IMG/VR virus record: IMGVR_UViG_3300036802_000026
Coordinates: 1 to 48,244 of that record
Length of the DNA: 48,244 nt
DNA from: a virus
Taxonomy: Duplodnaviria > Caudoviricetes
Strand: one strand, 5' to 3'
Both the position numbers and the translations under genes were made by a program. Under the pieces are notes generated by a model. The model did no database searches and was not told the DNA's origin. It saw only the letters and a program-made list of their open reading frames with translations. Position 1 is the stretch's first letter; each line of letters opens with the position of its first letter. Of this stretch, positions 18,464 through 27,823 are shown piece by piece.

Positions 18464-18926
18464 CTTAAGGGAGTACAAAAGCACCAGGCCACGACGTCAG
18501 CTATATGACACAGTTACATTTTACCACTCGTCATTTGGTTATATCTATCTGGTTGCAGATCAGTCAAAGCAGATGGTATTTGAAGGTCAGACATATCAGC
18601 CGGTGAGGATGGAAGTTGCGTCCAGCCAGCAAAGCAACACGCCCGTGATTAATGCGACAGTAAAGTTCTCCCGACTTGCTCAGGACTTTAAGCAGAAGCT
18701 AAAGCTATGGCGTGGCGCCAGCAGGGTTTCGCCTATTACCTGCACGTACAAGCGTTATGATTCTCTGGATCTGAACACCCCGCTAAAGCCATGGACGCTT
18801 TATGTTTCATCTGTGGCTATGGATGATGCAGATGTAACGGTTAGTGTGACGATCAAGAATCCCATGAATAATAACATCGCCATTCTGTACAATGTAGATG
18901 AGTTCCCGGGGCTGATAAATGTCTAA
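18456..18926 (+). CDS. Minor tail protein (DUF1833-like)
   Basis: Position; C-terminal YNVDEFPGL. Confidence 0.7.
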   Translation: MVSLREYKSTRPRRQLYDTVTFYHSSFGYIYLVADQSKQMVFEGQTYQPVRMEVASSQQSNTPVINATVKFSRLAQDFKQKLKLWRGASRVSPITCTYKRYDSLDLNTPLKPWTLYVSSVAMDDADVTVSVTIKNPMNNNIAILYNVDEFPGLINV

Positions 18927-19311
18927 AGAAGAGTTCATTAACCTGACGATCGGCAAGCCATGGGCAAACCGTGCCTGCTCTTTCACAGAGATAGATTGCT
19001 GGGGGCTGGTATACCTTTATTACATTTCGGTATTAGAGCTGTGTGTTAACCACACAGAATCATATAAAGAAAATTCAGAGTTCACTGTGTGCTTTGACCA
19101 TGAGGTTATATTCTGGAAGCTATCTGAACATCCGGTAGATCAGGGCATCTTTGTTGCCTACATCGGCGCCGTTCCGGTGCATGTGGGACTCATTATCGAT
19201 GGAAGAGCTTACCATTCGCGGGCAGAGTCAAGTCACGTCAGATTTGATAAGATAAGAACCATCGAGAAGCTTTTCACAAAGGTAGAGTATTACACCTATG
19301 CCAATCATTGA
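18919..19311 (+). CDS. NlpC/P60 tail-tip assembly protein
   Basis: DCWGLV and HVG catalytic motifs. Confidence 0.85.
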   Translation: MSKEEFINLTIGKPWANRACSFTEIDCWGLVYLYYISVLELCVNHTESYKENSEFTVCFDHEVIFWKLSEHPVDQGIFVAYIGAVPVHVGLIIDGRAYHSRAESSHVRFDKIRTIEKLFTKVEYYTYANH

Positions 19312-21802
19312 CATCCAACGCTTGCCTGGACTACCGCGCGAAAGATCGGAGGTTGATCCTGGCACTAACCTGCTTCAGTGGCTTAGCGGCCAGCAGCTAC
19401 ACGATGATATAGCCATATTGCATAATGGATTGGAAATTCGTGATGAAGAAAGCATAGATTTTAATCTGGTGCTGGGTGATCACGTGGTCATCCATGACAA
19501 TGCAAAAAGCGGTGATCTGATTAAAACATTGGTCAACCCTCTGGAGCACTTCAATCCGATAAAATTCACCCAGAAGGTTTTCGCGTCGCTCAGCGGCCAG
19601 CAGGGAGGAGCTTCTGTTGGCGCAACCAAGACGTCTCCTAACACCACACTTAAGCAGCAGACTAACATTGCTCGAAATGGCGAGGCCAGGCCGGATAACT
19701 ACGGTCAGGTGCGCGCATTCCCAGACCTGATCCAGAACTCACTTGAAGAGTACGTAAACAACATAAAATACGTCACAGAGTTCATGAACTTTGGTATTGG
19801 CCGTTACGATATCAGCTCCGTGCGATACTCAGAGTCAAATCTTGGCTCTCTTGCAGGCGCAAGCTATACCGTTTACCAGCCAGGTGAAAACATAGGCACG
19901 ATCACTCAGCCTTATCCTTTCGATGATGTTGATGGACAGGAAGTCCCGGGTAAAAACGAAGGTGATGAAGATGGTTCAACCGTAGTCATAGAGTCTGCAA
20001 CAACTTCTCAGGTGGTTTCCGCTCAATATTCTGGCGGCCAACTTCAGGTAAAAATCATAAAAAGCAGCAATTTTGATTACTTCTTTGATCTTGCCTTCCC
20101 ACACGGCATTAACTTTACGGTTAACGTTACCTACGCCACTCCGTCAGGAAACACGACACAAAATATCACGCTTTCTGGGGATCTTATTGCATCTTCACAA
20201 TCCAGTGATGCCGGCGTTCCTCCTACGGTTTTTTACTATACGTTCACGATAAACAACATCCAGGGTACCAATGCCAGTTATGTCTTTAACGGGACCATCA
20301 ATAACACATACTTCAACCTTACAGACAACCAGGCACTGACTATCGGCCCCTTCTTTTCACCGGTCCCTTCCAGTCAGTTGTGGATTAATACTAACTCAGG
20401 ATTGGGCGGAAATAGCGAAACCAACTGGTTAGTTATCATCTGGAAAGTTGATGACAATAACGTAATTGTCCCTGGAACCACTCAGACCTTTACTTATCGT
20501 CAGACCACGCCTCATGACTATACGACAGAGACGTTCTACCGCACCGATAAGCTCAATCCTGTTGGTGGCTACGGCCGATATGCTGTCAGCTTCCGTCGCA
20601 CAGACAACAGCAGCGATTCCAGCAAGCTTAAGGTTGAGGGTATTAACGCTATCAATGTCAGGAGCAATGTTGTCTATCCCCTGGAGACCATGATCAGGGT
20701 TACTGTCCGAGCCACTGAAAACGCCACAAGTTCTCGTGACCGAAAGTACAATGCATTAATTACCAGGCACACAATAAGCTATGACCTTAATAGTGGATCC
20801 ATCAGGTATACGCTCGCGCCATCACGCAGCTTCGCTGATGCCATACTTCACACGTGGATTGTCATTGCTGGACTTGATGCAGCAACATTAGATATCAGGG
20901 GTCTGTATGAAATTTCATCACGTATTCCTGATGCACGGCTGGGATATTTCGATTTCACATTTGACGATGAGGATACAAGCCTTGGAGATCGCCTGCAGAC
21001 CATCTGTGATGCTGCCAGGGTTATCTGCTTCTGGGATGATGGTGTCCTCTCATTTGTCAGGGACGAGCGCAGAGATTATCCGGCTACCGTGTTTAACACC
21101 AGAAACATGACCACTACGCAATACTCACTCAGCTATGACATGACCTTGCCTGGTGGCTACGATGGCGTTCAGGTTCAGTATCGAGATCCAATCACCAACA
21201 AGCAGGCTTATGTCTACTATCGGGTCTCAGGTAATTCTATTGTTCAGGGGCAGCCAACAAAGCCTAAAAAGTTTGACATGATGTACGTAAGGAATGCTTA
21301 CCAGGCGACTGATCGAGCTATCCTTGAGTGTCGCCGCCTTCTCTTCCAGCGAGTTAGCATGAGCCTGACAGCTATGTCTGATGGCGAGTGGGTAAATGTT
21401 GGTGAGATGGTTCAGGTTATAGACATGTATGATACTAACCAGCAGTCAGGAGACATCCGCAGGCGGGAAGGGAATGTTTTCTATACGAACGAGGCAATAC
21501 GATTCACTGAAAACATGTTTGTGGTGGTCACTGATCGCCTGGGTAATGTCAGTGGTCGCTACCCTGCTCGTGCTGTGGATGGTATCAGGAAGGCATTTTA
21601 CGCTGAACTTCCAAATATTGATCTGGCTATTTGGGATGGCGTCAACGTCCAAAGTGCATCAAGGTATGCAATAGCTACAGATGAAGAGCTTGAGCGTACT
21701 CAATGGGTGATAGCCAGCAAAAATCCCGGCACTGACGGGACGACATCGCTGTCAGTTACAGAGTACAATGATGAAATGTACAACTATACGGTGGCAGGAT
21801 AA
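19298..21802 (+). CDS. Tail tip / central tail protein (TipJ-like)
   Basis: 834 aa; NIARNGEARPDNYGQVRAFPDL motif; position. Confidence 0.85.
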   Translation: MPIIDIQRLPGLPRERSEVDPGTNLLQWLSGQQLHDDIAILHNGLEIRDEESIDFNLVLGDHVVIHDNAKSGDLIKTLVNPLEHFNPIKFTQKVFASLSGQQGGASVGATKTSPNTTLKQQTNIARNGEARPDNYGQVRAFPDLIQNSLEEYVNNIKYVTEFMNFGIGRYDISSVRYSESNLGSLAGASYTVYQPGENIGTITQPYPFDDVDGQEVPGKNEGDEDGSTVVIESATTSQVVSAQYSGGQLQVKIIKSSNFDYFFDLAFPHGINFTVNVTYATPSGNTTQNITLSGDLIASSQSSDAGVPPTVFYYTFTINNIQGTNASYVFNGTINNTYFNLTDNQALTIGPFFSPVPSSQLWINTNSGLGGNSETNWLVIIWKVDDNNVIVPGTTQTFTYRQTTPHDYTTETFYRTDKLNPVGGYGRYAVSFRRTDNSSDSSKLKVEGINAINVRSNVVYPLETMIRVTVRATENATSSRDRKYNALITRHTISYDLNSGSIRYTLAPSRSFADAILHTWIVIAGLDAATLDIRGLYEISSRIPDARLGYFDFTFDDEDTSLGDRLQTICDAARVICFWDDGVLSFVRDERRDYPATVFNTRNMTTTQYSLSYDMTLPGGYDGVQVQYRDPITNKQAYVYYRVSGNSIVQGQPTKPKKFDMMYVRNAYQATDRAILECRRLLFQRVSMSLTAMSDGEWVNVGEMVQVIDMYDTNQQSGDIRRREGNVFYTNEAIRFTENMFVVVTDRLGNVSGRYPARAVDGIRKAFYAELPNIDLAIWDGVNVQSASRYAIATDEELERTQWVIASKNPGTDGTTSLSVTEYNDEMYNYTVAG

Positions 21803-22626
21803 TGGCAACTATTCCTACTAAGAACCCAGTACCTAGCGAGAGCTATGAAGATCTTCGTTACAACTCTGGCGTTCTTGATGCTTTTCTCAATTCACAGGAA
21901 GATAAATTTACTGATCGCCTCGGCGTTCAAAAAGAAACGCTAAAAAGCATCACAGTTAATGCAGCATCTGCTGAGCAGATAGAAAACGCTAAAACAGCGG
22001 CTGAACAAGCCGCAGCTGATGCCTCTGCCAGCAGTAGTTCCGCATCTGATAGCGCTGCATCAGCTACATCCTCAGCAAACGCTGCTGCAACCTCAGCGAA
22101 TAATGCAGCAAATAGTGCTAGCGCAGCCAGTACGTCTGCAGGTAATGCAGCATCAAATGCATCTGCTGCAGCAAGTAGTGCGACATCAGCTGCCGCATCT
22201 GCATCTGCAGCCGCCTCACCTTCAGGAGTGATTGATGGAAGCAATGCAGCTGCCGGTAAGGTAGGGCAGGTAATAACAAACCAGCAGACCGGAGTTTCCC
22301 TAACATCAGGAACGCCAGCCAACCTTACATCCATCACTCTGACTCCTGGTGATTGGGATATTTTTGGCACCGCCCTTCTTTCTAACACCGGGGTGAATAT
22401 CACTCTGAGTTTTGCTGGCTTTAATACGACCTCAGCTTCCCTTCCTTCATTCCCTAACGTAATGAGGATTGAAACTCAAGGCGGCACAACATCCATGCAG
22501 AATGGCGTACCTTCAGTGAGATACAACGTGACAGTAAACACTGTGATTTACCTGGTAGGCCAGGCAACTTTCAGTACTGGAACGAGCACTGGTTCAGGTT
22601 TCATTCGCGCTCGCAGAATGCATTAA
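21802..22626 (+). CDS. Short tail fibre with Ala/Ser-rich stalk
   Basis: N-terminus paralogous to the tailspike N-terminus; ~80-aa low-complexity Ala/Ser stretch; beta-rich C-terminal domain. Confidence 0.75.
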   Translation: MATIPTKNPVPSESYEDLRYNSGVLDAFLNSQEDKFTDRLGVQKETLKSITVNAASAEQIENAKTAAEQAAADASASSSSASDSAASATSSANAAATSANNAANSASAASTSAGNAASNASAAASSATSAAASASAAASPSGVIDGSNAAAGKVGQVITNQQTGVSLTSGTPANLTSITLTPGDWDIFGTALLSNTGVNITLSFAGFNTTSASLPSFPNVMRIETQGGTTSMQNGVPSVRYNVTVNTVIYLVGQATFSTGTSTGSGFIRARRMH

Positions 22627-22637
22627 CAGAGGACAAA

Positions 22638-24623
22638 ATGGCTACTAACCCAACTAACGATCCTATCCCAAGCGAGTCGCCGCGCGACTTAAAGTTTAAT
22701 GCTGGAAAAATAGATGAGATCGTAAACTCACCAGAAGAGGCGTATCGGGACCGATTTGGCGCTGCGAGGATGACATGGCGCGGAATTGAGAACATTTCAC
22801 GCAACTCACTGCTGTCTTATGGATTTATTCTGGTAGACAGCTTCGAAGACGGGGCAACAATTACAACCCCCAATCAGGCGCTTCACTATGAGTCATCGGG
22901 AGAATATTTCCGCTGGGCTGGTGATTTGCCTAAGACGGTTCCAGCCGGGTCAACGCCAGATAATTCTGGTGGCATATCAACTACTGGATGGATATCGGTA
23001 GGAGATGCTTCTTTAAGATCTTCTCTTGCTCAGGCAGGGGCATCAAGTGGTGCATCCTTAATTGGATATCTTGCTGATAAAGCTGGCGCAGTTCCTTCTA
23101 CTCTGGATGATTTTGCAGATCAGTATGTAACGCCATTCACATTTGGTGCGATTGGTGACGGCACTCTCCATCCTTTGTCTGAAAGGTTTTCAAGTCTTGG
23201 CTCTGCTCAGTCTGTATACCCTCATGCAACATCACTTACTCAGTCTATTGACTGGGCCGCATTGCAGTCTGCTATTAATTACTCTTCAGCAGCAAAGTTG
23301 CCTGTACGGCTTAACGCTAAGTATTATGTCAACTCAACTCTCAACATCTCAATATACGGTGCAAAGCTGGTTGGCGATCGAACATGGAGTGAGGGCGTTT
23401 CAATAGCAATGCCAGCAAGTGCTAACTATGTGCTATTTAATATCACTACGACGTGCTCTTTATCAGGATTTAAAATACTTGGGCCTTCTTCTGGGACGAT
23501 TACCTCTAACGTTCTTGTCCATATAATAAACGCAAACGCTGTAAGGCTGGACAACGTTTTCTTTGAAAACGGTTATCGCCAATTGCTTCTGAGGGATACA
23601 ACATTCTATACCTCGATCAATAACTGCGATTTTTACGGCAGCTACTACTCCGCTTTAGAGACTGTATCCTCAACATATCCTGGCGTAGATATGATCATGT
23701 CTCATTGCAGATTCCTCGCCGCAAGAGGAGCTTATGTTATCTGCTTCAATGGACTTGGAAGTGCGATCATCAGCGAAGTGCAGGCATCCGTTAATAAAGT
23801 TACGCAAGCAACGCTGTATTTTGGCACCCCAGCCGGTGGTTATGGGGGTTGCCAGATGACAAATTGCGTATGGGAAAATGATGGTGAGATATCTGCAACT
23901 GCCATTGCTGCTGTTTATATCAATGGCTCGTCATCCGCGAAATGGAAATCCATATGGTTTGATAACTGCATTATCACAGGAAATGCAGTGCCAGCGGTTA
24001 ACCTTTTCTGGTGCGATGGGGCTAAGTTTTCAAACTGCGGCCTGTCAAGCACGGCATCAACCGGCGTCATTTATTACAACAATAGTGGCGAAACGAATGA
24101 TATTAGCTTCACAAATTGCGAGTGGAGCACATCCGGCTCAAACCCACCAATTCGGTTCGGCTCTGTGGTTAAGGGTGACGTAACCCTTACCGGCTGTACT
24201 TATATCGGCAATAACTCATTTGTCGATGTTGCTAGCGCTGGTTATCCAAACATCAAGCATGTTAACGTCATTAACTGCTTCCTTGGCACGGGATCAAACC
24301 CTATAACAAAAACAAGTGATGGCTACTGGCCTGCTGGTCAGATATTAACAACTGGTCATCAATTGGGTGGGTTTACTAAGGTCGTTGTTACTTTCAATAC
24401 AGATGGAAGCGGGGCAGGAACAGCTCTTCACTACGTAAAGAATGGTCAGCGAAGAGTTTCTCTTGCCACTGCTTGCTATAAGGGGGGAAGTGGCGAGGCT
24501 GTGATGATCGACCAATCAAAGCTGAGGGTCGATGGAGGTAACATTTATTCAATAGGTGGCCCGGCATCAGCAAGAGTAAGAGCAACAATTTTGTTTAATG
24601 AAGCAGAAGACGCCGGATGGTAG
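22638..24623 (+). CDS. Tailspike / putative polysaccharide depolymerase (beta-helix)
   Basis: Virion-anchoring NDPIPSESPRDLKFNAGKIDE; FGAIGDG...DWAALQSAI entry into a pectate-lyase-like beta-helix; Asn/Cys ladders. Confidence 0.88.
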   Translation: MATNPTNDPIPSESPRDLKFNAGKIDEIVNSPEEAYRDRFGAARMTWRGIENISRNSLLSYGFILVDSFEDGATITTPNQALHYESSGEYFRWAGDLPKTVPAGSTPDNSGGISTTGWISVGDASLRSSLAQAGASSGASLIGYLADKAGAVPSTLDDFADQYVTPFTFGAIGDGTLHPLSERFSSLGSAQSVYPHATSLTQSIDWAALQSAINYSSAAKLPVRLNAKYYVNSTLNISIYGAKLVGDRTWSEGVSIAMPASANYVLFNITTTCSLSGFKILGPSSGTITSNVLVHIINANAVRLDNVFFENGYRQLLLRDTTFYTSINNCDFYGSYYSALETVSSTYPGVDMIMSHCRFLAARGAYVICFNGLGSAIISEVQASVNKVTQATLYFGTPAGGYGGCQMTNCVWENDGEISATAIAAVYINGSSSAKWKSIWFDNCIITGNAVPAVNLFWCDGAKFSNCGLSSTASTGVIYYNNSGETNDISFTNCEWSTSGSNPPIRFGSVVKGDVTLTGCTYIGNNSFVDVASAGYPNIKHVNVINCFLGTGSNPITKTSDGYWPAGQILTTGHQLGGFTKVVVTFNTDGSGAGTALHYVKNGQRRVSLATACYKGGSGEAVMIDQSKLRVDGGNIYSIGGPASARVRATILFNEAEDAGW

Positions 24624-24624
24624 T

Positions 24625-24648
24625 AAAAAAGCCCCGAAAGGGGCTTTC
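24625..24648. terminator. Bidirectional terminator between the converging late and early-left operons
   Basis: AAAAAAGCCCC-GAAA-GGGGCTTTC. Confidence 0.85.
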
Positions 24649-24753
24649 TCATATCGCTAGCAAGATGCACGCAGCGATGCTCAGCCAGAACATCAGCGCG
24701 CCAGAACGCGCATCTGCCATGTGCTGCCGCTCAATGGGTTCGTAGTTTTTCAT
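24649..24753 (-). CDS. 34-aa peptide with hydrophobic C-terminus, not in ORF track
   Basis: MKNYEPIERQHMADARSGALMFWLSIAACILLAI; ends at the terminator. Confidence 0.5.
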   Translation of the reverse strand: MKNYEPIERQHMADARSGALMFWLSIAACILLAI

Positions 24754-24973
24754 TATGACTACCTTCATCCTCAATCTTCCTGAGTTTTGCATGGTGAGGA
24801 CACTCCTCGCCGTATGTGCAGCACTCCGTATATCCCCCAGTTATTTTTTGAAACCATACATGCTCCCTGGAATGGTTAACCGCATGCTGGTCATCGCCCC
24901 ATCCACAGAATCCTTCACCGTGCCGGAGAATGTGGAGCATTTCCTCAGGGGTCATTACACGATCATCTTTCAT
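24731..24973 (-). CDS. Hypothetical Cys/His-containing protein
   Basis: ORF overlapping both neighbours in the left operon. Confidence 0.6.
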   Translation of the reverse strand: MKDDRVMTPEEMLHILRHGEGFCGWGDDQHAVNHSREHVWFQKITGGYTECCTYGEECPHHAKLRKIEDEGSHNEKLRTH

Positions 24974-25157
24974 TTTCAGCACCAGTGATGTTCACAGTTT
25001 TTATCCATAAATCCAGTTCAGCAGCCTTTTTGACTGCCTCCTCTGCCTCATGCCTACTGTTGAATATCGCCTTAAGGGATTTGTATTCATCATGCTTAAC
25101 CGAAAAAATCCCACCATTGCTTCGGTCAATGACCGCGTAGAAAGTTAAATTCCTCAT
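24963..25157 (-). CDS. Hypothetical protein
   Basis: ATGA-coupled ORF. Confidence 0.65.
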   Translation of the reverse strand: MRNLTFYAVIDRSNGGIFSVKHDEYKSLKAIFNSRHEAEEAVKKAAELDLWIKTVNITGAENER

Positions 25158-25606
25158 GACCTTTCCTCAATTTTTCGCAGCATTTCGGCTCGGCAGGCGT
25201 CCCACATAGCAATACCAGCCTTTTCAGGATCAATTTCGCCGCTCCTTACGTTTTCGTAATAGTCCGCCATGGATGCCTTTTCAGGCACCAGTTCAGCCAG
25301 GTCAGCGGCGGGCGCGGGGCGCTCATATAGCGGCACCACTTCAACGCGGAATATGTCTCCAGATGATGGTCTGTCTACTTCACCATGATACGTCCAATGA
25401 TGCGCAACTCCGCTGCGATGGTTAACCAGGCGCTTTTTGCATGCAACCGGAGGCGCAGTCAGTGCGGACAGCGCGACACGCATGGTGTTCAAGTGCATTG
25501 CACTGTCTGAGTCCAGCCCGAAAGGAATTTCATCGCACACATTTTGCAGCTCATCAATCTGAGGCTTTAGCCACTCAATCAGCGCCTGCTTCTGCTCTTC
25601 GGTCAC
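25154..25606 (-). CDS. Ea-region-type hypothetical protein
   Basis: GTG start overlapping the upstream stop; ALSALTAPPVA, VVPLY and WDACRAEML segments typical of lambdoid ea-region mosaics. Confidence 0.65.
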   Translation of the reverse strand: MTEEQKQALIEWLKPQIDELQNVCDEIPFGLDSDSAMHLNTMRVALSALTAPPVACKKRLVNHRSGVAHHWTYHGEVDRPSSGDIFRVEVVPLYERPAPAADLAELVPEKASMADYYENVRSGEIDPEKAGIAMWDACRAEMLRKIEERS

Positions 25607-25842
25607 GATGGCTCTCCCTTTACACAGCTGGGGCATACCCAGCCTTCACCACGAACTAATTCCCAGCCCGCTTTAGCGGCATCTTGTTTGAGAAACTGGT
25701 AAACGCTGGACATACTTGCGAGAGTGTCATCAGCCATTTCTCCCGGCCCATGATTATCATCAGACCAGCAGCGTGTACCTGATGATGCATCCAGCCCATC
25801 ACCACGACGTTCGCAGCGCAACTCAATCCAGATAGCCATCAC
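25603..25842 (-). CDS. Small Zn-binding hypothetical protein
   Basis: RCE...CWS...WVCPSC. Confidence 0.65.
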   Translation of the reverse strand: MMAIWIELRCERRGDGLDASSGTRCWSDDNHGPGEMADDTLASMSSVYQFLKQDAAKAGWELVRGEGWVCPSCVKGEPS

Positions 25843-26270
25843 TCACCATCCTTACCGGCGCGGAGTTTGGCGGCGAATGCCGTCGCTGCCTCTTCCATTA
25901 GCGTATAAAGCTCTTCATCTTCAGTCTCAACAAAAGAGACATTGTCGTCACAGTGCTTTGCAAACATCTCCACACCCTCAGCCCGCACAGAGTTGAGGTA
26001 GGCGTCGGTGGCTGCGGTTTTAATGTGCTGCTTAAATTCATTTGAGCTATCAAAGACCGAGTAACCAAAATGTTCTGATTTATAGTCATCCGCTCTTTCT
26101 GCAAACCTTTCTGCCAGAGATTTATACTGTGCACATTCCACCGCCAGCGCGTCACGCTCTGCTTTGAGGTCGGCGTAGTCGTCGTGATAAACAAACTCGC
26201 CTTCAGGGTCGTTGTAGCAAATATCCTGTCGGCCATAACCGCTAACCGAATGCCGCTTAACTTCACTCAT
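25839..26270 (-). CDS. Ead/Ea22-like early protein
   Basis: GEFVYHDDYADL...ATDAYLNSVRAEGVEMFA...FAAKLR. Confidence 0.7.
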   Translation of the reverse strand: MSEVKRHSVSGYGRQDICYNDPEGEFVYHDDYADLKAERDALAVECAQYKSLAERFAERADDYKSEHFGYSVFDSSNEFKQHIKTAATDAYLNSVRAEGVEMFAKHCDDNVSFVETEDEELYTLMEEAATAFAAKLRAGKDGE

Positions 26271-26347
26271 TCTCTTACCCCTTACGCCGCTGTCAGGCTC
26301 AATGCCGCGGCGAAAATAGTTGAGGCCCGGAGTACGGGCCTGATTGG

Positions 26348-27457
26348 TTACCAGCCGATGGATGTTCCGACGTTCCAGCCCGTACCCTGGTTGGTGTCAC
26401 GGGTTACTGCAGCCTTGACAACCATATTGTTGGTTACACGGGCAGAGAACCCAACTGCCACGGCCTGCTCACCCTCATAACCGCCAGCGCCAGCTCCCAG
26501 GGCGAATGTCTGGTATTCGGTAACCTGTGGGATGGCCGCGGCGCTCAATGCAGTCGATGTGCCGGCATTAGCTGATTTCTTTACCTTACCCAGTTCGCGA
26601 TGCAGTGTTGAGAATCCGCGTTGGGTTTCCTGCTCCAGGCCGGTCAGTCGCTGTTCATGATTGGCCAGCTGCTCTGTATGCTGCGACACAACACGGTTGG
26701 TGCTTCGGATCGCGTCGTGGTTCGCCTGGATATTGGCGTTAGCTGCATCGATGCGTGACTGCGCATATTCACCGTTGCTGTACAGCTGCACGATGTCGCT
26801 GCTGTTCTGGGTGATACGGGTTTCATGGTTGCCCAGCATTTTCTCCTGCTGACCGTTCACCGTTTCCACACCGTCGAGACGCACCGCGTTGTTGATGGAA
26901 CGGCTGTCTGTCACTGCTACCTGAGCATTGGTTTCACGGATTTCACCTTCTGCGCCATCCAGACGAACGGCGTTATTGATGCTGCGGTCGTCAGTCACCT
27001 GCGCGCGCTTCTCAATGCCGTCGGCACGAACCGCCAGTGCATCGTCACCTGCTTTGCGATCGGCATCTGCACGAGCCACTTTCACATCAGTGTGGGCCAC
27101 AGATGTGGCGTAGGCTGAAGTCGCTTTTTTATCAGCATATGACTTCAGGTCAGATGTTTGCTTGCTGTCAGTGGCGGCCTGCTTGGTCACAGTGTCCGCC
27201 AGCACTTTATCCTGACGCGCCTGGTCAACTGCGAATACTGATTTATCCAGTTTGCTTTCCTGCAGTTTGGCGATGTTGCCGCGATCTTCCAGACCCCACG
27301 ATTCGCTGTACTTCTGCAGCGTGTTCATATGCACGTCGTGCAGACCAGCGCGAAGATCGTCGATCTGTTTCTGAACGCCGTTTTTGTCGTTACTGGTGGC
27401 ATGCGCTGAGAATGTACATGCGATAGCTAAGCCCAGGACCGTGATTTGCTTTTTCAT
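26348..27457 (-). CDS. YadA/Eib-like trimeric autotransporter adhesin, 369 aa
   Basis: Sec signal MKKQITVLGLAIACTFSAHA; coiled-coil stalk; YadA anchor ANAGTSTALSAAAIPQ...GAGGYEGEQAVAVG with terminal Trp. Confidence 0.92.
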   Translation of the reverse strand: MKKQITVLGLAIACTFSAHATSNDKNGVQKQIDDLRAGLHDVHMNTLQKYSESWGLEDRGNIAKLQESKLDKSVFAVDQARQDKVLADTVTKQAATDSKQTSDLKSYADKKATSAYATSVAHTDVKVARADADRKAGDDALAVRADGIEKRAQVTDDRSINNAVRLDGAEGEIRETNAQVAVTDSRSINNAVRLDGVETVNGQQEKMLGNHETRITQNSSDIVQLYSNGEYAQSRIDAANANIQANHDAIRSTNRVVSQHTEQLANHEQRLTGLEQETQRGFSTLHRELGKVKKSANAGTSTALSAAAIPQVTEYQTFALGAGAGGYEGEQAVAVGFSARVTNNMVVKAAVTRDTNQGTGWNVGTSIGW

Positions 27458-27570
27458 TTTTGTGACCTTTTCTCTCTGAAGTTTTTTAACCTGCAATAAG
27501 GTTTGCAGAATGTTTTTTGTGCCGTTCCGTAAAACAGTGCCCCGCACACAGGGCACAATTTTTGTTTCAT
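27454..27570 (-). CDS. 38-aa C4 zinc-finger microprotein, not in ORF track
   Basis: MKQKLCPVCGALFYGTAQKTFCKPYCRLKNFREKRSQK; AGGAGG RBS; stop overlaps the autotransporter ATG (ATGA). Confidence 0.8.
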   Translation of the reverse strand: MKQKLCPVCGALFYGTAQKTFCKPYCRLKNFREKRSQK

Positions 27571-27588
27571 CAATCCTCCTAACTACGA

Positions 27589-27604
27589 TAACGCCTAGGC
27601 GTTA
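27589..27604. promoter_or_regulatory. Perfect 16-bp palindrome, putative operator
   Basis: TAACGCCTAGGCGTTA overlapping the predicted transcription start. Confidence 0.6.
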
Positions 27605-27609
27605 CAGGC

Positions 27610-27638
27610 AATCTACTCTTTCCCTAATGTGGCGTCAA
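27610..27638 (-). promoter_or_regulatory. sigma70 promoter for the zinc-finger/YadA cassette
   Basis: TTGACG-N17-TAGATT with AT-rich upstream sequence. Confidence 0.7.
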
Positions 27639-27640
27639 TA

Positions 27641-27823
27641 TTATTTTTTGTTCTGGGATCGCATTGCCGATGCGCGGCCGGCGGCGAAGATGGTGGGGAA
27701 GTTCTCGCGCAGGAACTGGATGCGGCTCATCGCCAGCGTATCCTTGCGCCGGATAGGAGCGCCGTGACTGTAAGCGACAACCTCCTCAAGGAAGTCATCA
27801 ACTGTCTCAACTGGATTATTCAT
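27641..27823 (-). CDS. Hypothetical protein
   Basis: ORF with GGAG RBS overlapping the upstream gene end. Confidence 0.6.
   Translation of the reverse strand: MNNPVETVDDFLEEVVAYSHGAPIRRKDTLAMSRIQFLRENFPTIFAAGRASAMRSQNKK

Noticed and set aside
21960-22220. GCA/TCA-rich repeats as a CRISPR-like or DGR array
   Set aside because: Low-complexity Ala/Ser codons of a fibre stalk; no fixed repeat-spacer period and no reverse transcriptase in the genome
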